A DNA stretch of 56,989 nt from a virus (taxonomy: Duplodnaviria > Heunggongvirae > Uroviricota > Caudoviricetes). Shown here piece by piece: positions 49,901-56,989 of the stretch; within the stretch, counting starts at the first letter, position 1, and each line of letters begins with the position of its first letter. The translations under genes and the position numbers were made by a program. Below the pieces are notes generated by a model. The model did not search any database. It was not told where the DNA came from and saw only the letters and a list, made by a program, of their open reading frames with translations. The DNA lies in IMG/VR virus record IMGVR_UViG_3300009095_001812, positions 1-56,989 of that record. The stretch is one strand, 5' to 3'.

Positions 49901-52900
49901 TAGATCCTAGAATCGTTGAAGCAACCCTTTGGTCTCTTGGAGTAAGTTACTTTGAGAAGATTGCTCCAAAAGTTTTAGGAGATGCTTATCTTACAACAGG
50001 TTGTTTCGATCAGGGTATTGCTGTTAGAAATCGTGGTGATGGTGTTACACTCCCAATATCCAATAATCTTAGGTTAGAGGAAGGAACATTAGAGCTTTGC
50101 CTTAAAACAGATTGGGATGGTATTGACAACGACGCGACCATCACATTTAGAATTCAAAAAGATGGGTACGACGTTCTGGCGGAAAACATCTATATTGGAG
50201 CATCTTCTTTCAACCCAGAAGTTGAAGATGGAGCTTTCTCCGTAAATCGCATGGATGACCAAAGCCCAATAGGTTTGCCAGCACTCATATTTACTCAGGT
50301 TGGTGTATTTATTTACTACGATCCTGATAACAAGCAATGGAAGGTACTTGCAAAAGACATTCCGGGCCCTGGCGGATCTGTGTACTCCGGAACGGTTACT
50401 ACATCCGGCGCTTTTTATGATGTGAAGTTCATTCCAAACCTTGGAGAGCTAAGCGATGTTCTCCGCTCTGAGATTGAGAGTATTGAGTTTGAGTTCCATC
50501 TTGATGGTTATGATGCCGCCTCGCCAGATGGATATGATGGATACAGCTCATCAATCATTACAAATTATTCTTTTGATGGTATTCAGTTCATGTCTGATGA
50601 TAAGCATTACCTGTTTGACTTCGGAAAAGCACTGGATAGAAACAGATTTTCTTTGTACAAAGATGGTCGCGGATACTTAGTGTTTGAGATCTGGGATCGT
50701 GGTGGTCTTGGAAAGCTACAACCAGAAAGAAGATCTGTTTATCAGGTTAGCGCAGACATTCAAAACTGGCGAGCTGGCGAAGAGCACAATGTTGGCATTT
50801 CTTGGGTTTTGAATTCTTCAGATAGAAGGGATGAAATGCATTTATTTGTTGATGGCTTTGAGACGCCCAACCTGGCTAGGTTTGGTAATGTTCCAAGTGT
50901 TGCTTCTACAAATAGATTCAGAACGGTTGTCCCAGAACAGTTGGCAGGAACTATTGTTAAAAAAGCAATAGTTGGCTATGATTTATCAACGGAACAAGGT
51001 TCTGATGTTGTCACATCAAGTGTTGTTAACTTCAGCGCAGAGGGTATTGTACCAGGAGATACAATTGAGATTCTTGAACAGAGTTTTACGACATACACAA
51101 TTATTGGTATAACCGGAAACGAGCTTACGCTTAGCTCTCCAATGCCTGCAACACTTGGAGATGCCCGGTTTAGCGTCAATCCAGTTGAGTTTATTGTAGG
51201 TACTGAAATTGATATTTATAGAAACATCGCTGTATTTACATTAAGTTCCGGAGTTGAAACAGAAATTCCAGGAACAAGGGCACAGATACCATCGTATTCC
51301 ATTGAAAGAAATACGCTCAACCAAAGAGTTTTGAAACTTATTGGTAATGCAGATGTTGGAGATCAGATTCTTATCAAGACATTTGGTTTGAACCATAGAA
51401 GATGCCGAGGTAAGATATACCTCTGGGGTCCAAACTCAATTGTTAAAACAAACTCTCCTCCACCAATCAACTTGGATGATGTTGTTATTCGTACGGTGGT
51501 TGTGCCACTTACCCCGGTAGGTCCAAACAACAGTACTTTTATATTGGGTAACTTTGAAGCAAGTCTGGATGGATATACTCAACCATCAAATGCAATTGAG
51601 GGTAGGTATCTCGATGTACGTGTAACAGGAGATAACAACAACTTCTCAAATCCAGTTACGATTACCATCACTGGTGATTCTTCTGGTGGACCAACTGAAG
51701 TTCTTGTTTTCAATTCACCATCAAAGCAAATGACATTATATAAGTGGAAGGAAATTTCATCAATTTATGTTGTTGCAACACCAATTGTGTCATCTAAAGA
51801 TACATCAGCAATTGAAATCAAAGAAACATATTCTGTAACAGAGCCTGCTGGAAATATGATTTATCCAGTTATTAGATACTCTTATAAAACTCAGGCAGGT
51901 TTGACTCTTGAATCTGATGGCGGCCTGGTTGTAACTGATCCTCAGGGATTCTTCGCGGAATCTGAAGTTGGAAATCTGTTTTCAATTACAGCTCCACCAT
52001 CTGCTGCTGGTATCTATCTTATTGAAGATAGATTAGATAACAACTCGATTCGATTGAACACTTCTGTTCCGGCTTTTACTGATGGTACTTATGAATCGTT
52101 TGAGACATCAATAGGCAGATCTGGTTTCCAGAATGGTTTCTTCTTCCTTGAGGTTGCTGGTTTTACAAACCAACCATATATCCTACCAGCTGGTCACTAC
52201 GAGATTGATTATGCCGCATACTTAGAGGTTCCTTTTGAGCCTTTAACTACAGAGATTGGTATTATAGGAAATGACATTACTTTACAAAATCCAGCAAAGG
52301 CTGTGATTGATGAGTTCAGAGTTTTGAACATGCAGCTTACAGATACCAGAGTTGGCGAGACTATATCTGCTGGAGATGAATCAATAACAACTGGTGCAAA
52401 TAAGCTCTCTCCATTCAAAAAGAATCAAGATACTTTAACCCTCTTCCATTTTGAAGAGTTTCCACCTGTCAACGATTCTGACTTCTATATTTTCGCAACC
52501 AAAGAGTATGTGCAATCTGGAAGGTCTGTGAACTCTAGGTTTGGTCATTCTATTGTTATTCGTGACAAGGGTTTAACATTTGATAACGCTGGCCGTTTGG
52601 ATACATCCAATGAGGGTATGATTGAATTCTGGGTTTCTCCCAGATTCGACACTTACAATGACCCAAACATTCGAGTTTATTTTGATGCCGCAGCGAATGT
52701 GATTGAAGAGGTTACCTCTATTACAAAGGGTCGTGTTCAGATTTCTGGACGCGCAAGATCTGTTCTTTATGTAAGACTTGAAAATGATACAGATCTTCAG
52801 GGAGTGAACTACTTTAATGGTGGTACCATTGATACGGATGGTAGGACCCTAATATTGAACACACCGCTTCCGTTCCAGAACACACCGGTAAAGGTTGCTT

Positions 52901-53628
52901 ACATGCCAACTGGCGTTCAGGGAGATAGAATTACAATTGCAAAAGACAGAGAGGGATTTATCTCTTTTACTGTCAGTGCTCAGGGTAAAGAATACCAGAC
53001 AAGACAACCGGTGTTTTGGCCAAGAGACACTTGGCATAGAATTCGTGCATCTTTTAAATTCAACAGAGCAGATAACAGAGATGAGATTCGTTTATTTGTT
53101 GATGGAGAAGAGCGTGGATCCTTGCTTTTCGGCCAGGGAGATATTTTGTTCGGCCAGGGAGCTATCTGGGGACAGTCAGCTGTAGGAGCTGTAACAAATC
53201 AAGTATACATAGCTGATATAAACTTTACTGATATAGTACAACAATTCTCACTTGGACAAGATTTCGCAGGAAACTTTGGAGCAGAAGCAAGATTAGATAA
53301 TTTGAAAATATCTAACAGATCAATAAACCCAATTATTATATCTGGACAACCAAGAGATGTATATTTCAATACAAACACTGATTACATTTATCCATCTATA
53401 GAAGATGCTTTTACAACATTTTTGTTCAACTTTGATCAAACAGTACAAAAAACAGAGGATTTTGCGATTCTACGAAATCCTACATACGGCATTTTCAACT
53501 TTAATATCGACATCATTGATTCTTTCGACATAGTTACTGGAGATAATCGTGTTCGCACTGTGTTGGAAGCTTTGATCAACACCTTAAAACCTGCTGTTTC
53601 TAAGGTTGGTATAAATTATGTGAAGTGA
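46954..53628 (+). CDS. Very large baseplate wedge protein (2224 aa) with LamG/concanavalin-like and Ig-like domains
   Basis: Wedge-like LLENFGSLI..RETYRDILQGALQTFTKGPT and terminal LINTLKPAVSK; LamG motifs EGTLELCLK, LFVDG, IDEFRV, EGMIEFWV, WHRIRA, LDNLKISN; six DGY. Confidence 0.7.
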   Translation: MSNLRIQNINAADSRTIKVKFSNNLALDIGRSNVQVISEIPNVPDAEVVGVSVSKNILIIDTLPQTPFSRYRVVFQSTDGVRFRSEDGRDFLIEDGRSNVKKVLGAENDYNPTRSAFVNYLGGTNSVYDLSRETVIRVILNQVSDMINRTRASIRQAKTANYLEVFIKDERKTRRFGPWDRLNQEGAFEVTRVGLGPTDENLAGSIYFDSFPSDPVTLQRDVISSETLTLGFGSGTYNDLVLTLNRKPVTKLTSVRFNYENGDHYDYDIRYFGYRIKDPKYDEEFARRLITLDDNQVKLSDELKEDLSVVIPSGVDTITVSYEYKSLGRVIDEASVEVVQVINTVRDPAPAITTAFSLSNAPVVTASDKIPTSGGIQFLDPYSTEPFRTTHPAFLREIPFKEGGLPVNAGEYSVDYETGRVFVYGAADNDGTGSFPPAMTYNYRKTYVPNLDYTYVPEFRDLVASPLRDLVGEEAKINYLYEQTYVPGIDYEANVHVESRNERVENRLATIDSIYTLNSPITDVFRIYNETTGEVYSLRRFSDNKIFFNSRTPPKITEIERERVTFTQVLNEPLIVEQELSNTSSIRILKIRLENQNIISGTEDVIGSSFNSSVVFSMSEIFGLELYYDAQELYEDINIERIDVGKYQVNYREGIIYVGVTNAQSLNVGTVSYRKAIISPNNPHVISVSNIYASINANFGTSKQYDYSGFGEGEIIPIPTLIDYSDERFLNEDITNPYLLDNNTIYVSDDIKSIRGIYDVYDLNNNDAPTNFAEASLFTANIITMDTVGIQKSTTTVVGPGLVIAVPFISPGIVVGQVTSIVRQTDSVQLVDGYEIITGNDITLSGSSGASVGDVVTVIYTVVLNGASTPVVDYNRGDMYVDYSYLVDEIIISYEWGDNIIDWRQSSVLDEGDTYYVSYTIGALRNSLLENFGSLIQIPELQAFDQDLDRETYRDILQGALQTFTKGPTIPAMKQLIAQVTQIDPRIVEATLWSLGVSYFEKIAPKVLGDAYLTTGCFDQGIAVRNRGDGVTLPISNNLRLEEGTLELCLKTDWDGIDNDATITFRIQKDGYDVLAENIYIGASSFNPEVEDGAFSVNRMDDQSPIGLPALIFTQVGVFIYYDPDNKQWKVLAKDIPGPGGSVYSGTVTTSGAFYDVKFIPNLGELSDVLRSEIESIEFEFHLDGYDAASPDGYDGYSSSIITNYSFDGIQFMSDDKHYLFDFGKALDRNRFSLYKDGRGYLVFEIWDRGGLGKLQPERRSVYQVSADIQNWRAGEEHNVGISWVLNSSDRRDEMHLFVDGFETPNLARFGNVPSVASTNRFRTVVPEQLAGTIVKKAIVGYDLSTEQGSDVVTSSVVNFSAEGIVPGDTIEILEQSFTTYTIIGITGNELTLSSPMPATLGDARFSVNPVEFIVGTEIDIYRNIAVFTLSSGVETEIPGTRAQIPSYSIERNTLNQRVLKLIGNADVGDQILIKTFGLNHRRCRGKIYLWGPNSIVKTNSPPPINLDDVVIRTVVVPLTPVGPNNSTFILGNFEASLDGYTQPSNAIEGRYLDVRVTGDNNNFSNPVTITITGDSSGGPTEVLVFNSPSKQMTLYKWKEISSIYVVATPIVSSKDTSAIEIKETYSVTEPAGNMIYPVIRYSYKTQAGLTLESDGGLVVTDPQGFFAESEVGNLFSITAPPSAAGIYLIEDRLDNNSIRLNTSVPAFTDGTYESFETSIGRSGFQNGFFFLEVAGFTNQPYILPAGHYEIDYAAYLEVPFEPLTTEIGIIGNDITLQNPAKAVIDEFRVLNMQLTDTRVGETISAGDESITTGANKLSPFKKNQDTLTLFHFEEFPPVNDSDFYIFATKEYVQSGRSVNSRFGHSIVIRDKGLTFDNAGRLDTSNEGMIEFWVSPRFDTYNDPNIRVYFDAAANVIEEVTSITKGRVQISGRARSVLYVRLENDTDLQGVNYFNGGTIDTDGRTLILNTPLPFQNTPVKVAYMPTGVQGDRITIAKDREGFISFTVSAQGKEYQTRQPVFWPRDTWHRIRASFKFNRADNRDEIRLFVDGEERGSLLFGQGDILFGQGAIWGQSAVGAVTNQVYIADINFTDIVQQFSLGQDFAGNFGAEARLDNLKISNRSINPIIISGQPRDVYFNTNTDYIYPSIEDAFTTFLFNFDQTVQKTEDFAILRNPTYGIFNFNIDIIDSFDIVTGDNRVRTVLEALINTLKPAVSKVGINYVK

Positions 53629-53631
53629 ACT

Positions 53632-56625
53632 ATGACCACTAGAAAAAACGTATCATATACATTTAATAGATTTTATGACTCCCAGAGGGTTGATCAAGAC
53701 GATATGGATGTTGAACAAAGTCGAAATGTCAATAAGGACGCCTCGATAGTTCAAAACCATTTTGGCTCTGGTGTGTTACCTGCGGCCTCCATTCAGAAAG
53801 TGCTGTTTGATACGGATAATTTATTTCCAGATCAAGTTGCTCTTATTGCATCTAATGATTTTGATGGAACCGGTCTGCGTCCATTGGCACAGCCAGCAGA
53901 TACCACACTTGGAAATCAACTTGAGATTCAACTTACAGATTCTACGGACATTCTAAATGGTCTCTCTACGGTTGGTGGTAGACTTAGTACTAAAGTTCTT
54001 ATAATTGGTTTGGATTTCCAAGGAAATCTCCAATATGATAGATTGTATTTCTACAAGAAAGAAAAGCAAGTAACACAAAAACACTATGCTCTTATTTTGT
54101 CTGTATTTTTCAATGATTTTTACGGAAACAACAACTGCTCAAGGCAGTTGGGTGGGCGTGTTATTATTCGTGAGACAAACTCTTTCCAGTTATCTCGCGA
54201 TCCTATTATGATTGCACAGGATGTTGAGCCAAATATCTTCTTCCGTGATTTCAAAACATCAAATACATCGGAAAGTTCAAGTCCAGTTTTAACCCTTTAC
54301 CAAGCAATTCAATCTGGTATTGGAACAGAATACAATGTTGATGCTCTTAATATTAATACAACTGTAAAAAGAGAGTTTCAACTTGGAGCTGATGTTACGA
54401 CTAGGCTTGCTCAGAAGTTTCTTGCCAAGACAAACAACATCCAAAAGATAACAGTTCTCTTGGGTGTACGAAGAGATTCTGCGGCTTCTCTCACTAATAG
54501 ATATGATTGGAGCGGTGAGCTTATTGTATCTGTTTTTGAGCTTCAAAACACAGTTGATTGTCCAACTGATATCGTTCCAGAGCTTGCTATTGAATTTACT
54601 CCAAACCCAATTCCGCTAACTCAATTCAGTATTGATCAGGCTGCACTAGAAGATCAGGGTTATGTTTTAAATGACGTTCTTCAGCCGGTAGATTTTGTAT
54701 TCAACAACTCTCAAATAGGAAGCACTTCAAATCCAATAATTGTTCCTGGAAAGTACTATGCTATTTCTTTTGGTAGAGCTGGCGATGCATCTGTGGGTAC
54801 TTTGTTTACGGGTATTGGAAATTCTCAAAGTACAGATGATCGTTTTTCTATCTTTACTGGAGAGTGGACAGATGTTCCTGAAGAAGACCTATGGTACCAA
54901 GTATGGACGGATGCTGCAAAAGTTTCTGATGGATTTGCTTATGATGATGGTAATGGAATGGAGATTCCAAAAACCAACCAAAACGAGCTTGGTGCAACTA
55001 TAGATTACTCATTTGGTTTGAACCCATTTGTTGATTCTGGTCAAAATACCCTCAACACAGCTGTGGTTGAGGCTGTGGTTCAGCAGTTTCAACAAGAACA
55101 AGATGAGAGAACAGGCAATCCAGTTTACGCTCGTCAAAAGTTTGAACCAAGTTTTAGCTTTGTTACTAACGCTACACTCAGCACTCTTCGTGAAACCTCT
55201 GAACCTTTGATTATTGGTTGCGCCACAGACACTAATGCAAAGAGCAATGCAATTATCACCGGAACACAAAATCTCCCGGGTCTTGTGAATGGTAATACCT
55301 TTATCGTAATCAATCCTGATGCAGGCTTAACTTCTCAACAGCTCATTGGTTCCAAACTTATCCCTAACGATGACTTTTCAACTGATTACAAGATTGTTCG
55401 TGTAAGGATTTGTACAGATGGATATGGAGATGTGAATGGAGATGGGTCCATTGATGCAGATGATGTTATCCGAGCAACACAGCTTTTGGGTCAATCGTTA
55501 TCTCTCGAATCAACTCAACAAGGTATCATCGATGGATATTACGATACTCTTGAAATTATCAGAGCTGATGTTGATGGGGACGGATATATTAGCGCATCTG
55601 ACATTGACTTGATTTCAGATTTCGTTGCTAGAAATATCAACTCATTTCCTGTTGGAGCGAGCTTCCAGCACGTTGAGATTGAGGTTCAAAACTCCACTGG
55701 TCGTTTTGATGGATACTTTGACTGTGATGGGTATGTGAGATTGGATGGGTACACCGGATCGAATCTTGTTCTCCCATCAGATCTTTCAAGCACAGAACTG
55801 AAGTACTATGGGTACAACTCTATACCCGATATGTTTGCAGCAGATCCTGCTTTCTCAACGGTTCCTTGGACTCCATTAGGTTTTAGTGTTAGACCTGTAC
55901 CATTCTGGCAAGATTACTTACTACAATTCTCATCAGAGGCAAGGCTTGTTCCTGCGGCATTTACGTTTGACGAAGACTCAGGCGATTTGGTTGATGAAAA
56001 TGGAAATTGTATTACGCAAGATATCTCTGTTTGTATTGATGCATCTGAAATTGTACCTCGTTGTAATCCGGGAAGAAATGATTTCTTTGTACCCGACAAC
56101 CTCATCATTGGTAAGGGTCAAATTCTTAAGAGAGATGGAACCCTATTTAGACAAGATCTTGAAATTCAACATATTATTCTTGAACTTCCCCAAGAAAAGA
56201 TTTTCGACCATGCTATCTTAAACGTTTTTGATAAATTGATTGCCGACTCAGGAGACGGTTTCACATCAGCAGGTTATCCAGCTTTGAAATTCTCAGATTG
56301 TTCAACGGTGGGAACCGATGCTTTGGCAAGAAACCAGATTAGGTTCGGAGTAACTATTCAAAGCAGATTCCCAAATCAGGATGGTTATGATATCGATGGG
56401 TATGGAATTATAGTGAATGATACTTTCGGAATCGATATAGATCAGAGCACCGGAATTCTCACACTTACGGTGAGCGATCTTGCTTATGATCCAATCTTCT
56501 CCGAGCTTAGAACAAAAATTGAGATAACTGTATATCTCAAGAGGGCAGGTTGGAACAACACACCATTCACAGTACCGGCAAATCAGCTCTCTGGATTGTT
56601 CGCTTCTGGCGTTTCTGATCCATAA
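53632..56625 (+). CDS. Virion structural protein with dockerin-like double Ca-binding repeat
   Basis: RFYDSQRVDQDDM N-terminus typical of baseplate/fibre-attachment proteins; GDVNGDGSIDADD...ADVDGDGYISASD; eight DGY. Confidence 0.68.
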   Translation: MTTRKNVSYTFNRFYDSQRVDQDDMDVEQSRNVNKDASIVQNHFGSGVLPAASIQKVLFDTDNLFPDQVALIASNDFDGTGLRPLAQPADTTLGNQLEIQLTDSTDILNGLSTVGGRLSTKVLIIGLDFQGNLQYDRLYFYKKEKQVTQKHYALILSVFFNDFYGNNNCSRQLGGRVIIRETNSFQLSRDPIMIAQDVEPNIFFRDFKTSNTSESSSPVLTLYQAIQSGIGTEYNVDALNINTTVKREFQLGADVTTRLAQKFLAKTNNIQKITVLLGVRRDSAASLTNRYDWSGELIVSVFELQNTVDCPTDIVPELAIEFTPNPIPLTQFSIDQAALEDQGYVLNDVLQPVDFVFNNSQIGSTSNPIIVPGKYYAISFGRAGDASVGTLFTGIGNSQSTDDRFSIFTGEWTDVPEEDLWYQVWTDAAKVSDGFAYDDGNGMEIPKTNQNELGATIDYSFGLNPFVDSGQNTLNTAVVEAVVQQFQQEQDERTGNPVYARQKFEPSFSFVTNATLSTLRETSEPLIIGCATDTNAKSNAIITGTQNLPGLVNGNTFIVINPDAGLTSQQLIGSKLIPNDDFSTDYKIVRVRICTDGYGDVNGDGSIDADDVIRATQLLGQSLSLESTQQGIIDGYYDTLEIIRADVDGDGYISASDIDLISDFVARNINSFPVGASFQHVEIEVQNSTGRFDGYFDCDGYVRLDGYTGSNLVLPSDLSSTELKYYGYNSIPDMFAADPAFSTVPWTPLGFSVRPVPFWQDYLLQFSSEARLVPAAFTFDEDSGDLVDENGNCITQDISVCIDASEIVPRCNPGRNDFFVPDNLIIGKGQILKRDGTLFRQDLEIQHIILELPQEKIFDHAILNVFDKLIADSGDGFTSAGYPALKFSDCSTVGTDALARNQIRFGVTIQSRFPNQDGYDIDGYGIIVNDTFGIDIDQSTGILTLTVSDLAYDPIFSELRTKIEITVYLKRAGWNNTPFTVPANQLSGLFASGVSDP

Positions 56626-56729
56626 TAGTGTCGAGATTCCTTTTTAGTTACATGTAACTTTCAAAAGGAGACTCGTGAGAGTAAAAATACAACAGTTCTT
56701 ATTTGGTAAAAACCATAGTTGGAATTGTT

Positions 56730-56744
56730 GATATATAACAAATT
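56730..56744 (+). promoter_or_regulatory. Putative phage promoter, motif B (GRTATA-N9-start), representative copy
   Basis: GATATA taacaaatt ATG; same spacing at 2542, 22723 and 32080. Confidence 0.55.
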
Positions 56745-56989
56745 ATGGAAAAAATAATTTGTAATGCCTGTGGTGTGTCTAAAGATGCAACCACGGGTAA
56801 TTTTTATTGGCGAAATGATAGTAAAAAATACAAAAAAAAATGTAAAGTATGTATTCTTGACAAAAGTAAATATAAATATCAGCAAAACAGTAATGTAATT
56901 AAAGCTAAAGTTGCAAAATATAGAGAAGAGAATCGTGAACAAATTAAAGAAAAAATGAAAGAATATAATTCTCTTCCTGAAACTCAATC
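56745..56989 (+). CDS. Partial Zn-finger/HNH-like endonuclease, paralog of 22738..23574 (3' truncated)
   Basis: Manual translation MEKIICNACGVSKDATTGNFYWRNDSKKYKKKCKVC...KYREENREQIKEK shares CxxC..CKVC..KYREENR with the 22738 ORF; missing from the ORF track because it runs off the window. Confidence 0.75.
   Translation, partial: MEKIICNACGVSKDATTGNFYWRNDSKKYKKKCKVCILDKSKYKYQQNSNVIKAKVAKYREENREQIKEKMKEYNSLPETQ

Noticed and set aside
32433-56221. Numerous 60-170 aa ORFs nested in the hub, baseplate and wedge genes
   Set aside because: Fully overlapped by long motif-supported genes, with composition typical of antisense or off-frame shadows.
32-56403. DGY as a DNA-level repeat (gatggNtaY) or simply part of DxDGDGY calcium loops
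   Set aside because: Synonymous positions vary freely and the counted copies are all in the coding frame; only the dockerin copy lies inside a DxDGDG loop.
24667-56625. Bacterial extracellular contractile injection system or tailocin rather than phage
   Set aside because: Neck-like genes, homing endonucleases, an intein and very large baseplate proteins fit a large phage, and no eCIS-type AAA ATPase is seen. Capsid genes are outside the window, so this is not formally excluded.
56661-56987. Minus-strand 108-aa Phe-rich ORF as a membrane protein
   Set aside because: It is the antisense shadow of the Lys-rich + strand ORF starting at 56745.
1-56989. Alternative genetic code (stop codon reassignment)
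   Set aside because: The standard code gives long, tightly packed ORFs, and TAA, TGA and TAG all occur at sensible gene ends.
1-56989. CRISPR array, tRNA/rRNA genes, diversity-generating retroelement
   Set aside because: No spaced repeat array, cloverleaf or reverse transcriptase seen by eye; intergenic space is minimal.

Overview
AT-rich, densely coding, mostly + strand segment that reads as the neck/tail/baseplate morphogenesis region of a very large contractile-tailed (myovirus/jumbo-type) phage. Order: fibre-like genes, neck proteins, tailspike-like proteins, holin-like protein, tail completion protein, sheath (24667-27138), tube, chaperones, tape measure, tube initiator, hub, spike, gp25-like wedge, baseplate J-like, a 2224-aa LamG wedge protein and a dockerin-bearing protein. 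No capsid, portal or terminase is in the window. Interspersed accessory genes include a cysteine desulfurase, cold-shock protein, an intein-containing papain-like protease, a CglF/GltF-like secreted peptide and Cys-rich lipoproteins of myxobacterial style, plus about seven homing-endonuclease-type ORFs, one of which splits an HExxH metalloprotease gene into two separately translatable halves. The most striking unexplained signal is an Asp-Gly-Tyr (DGY) tripeptide that I count by eye about 42 times in 11 morphogenesis-module proteins. It uses varied codons and is absent from tube, tape measure, hub, spike, baseplate J and the accessory enzymes and nucleases, which suggests a virion-surface modification or docking system. 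Two recurrent upstream motifs with fixed spacing to ATG suggest phage-specific promoters and leaderless mRNAs. All product calls come from motif recognition and gene order, not from database searches.
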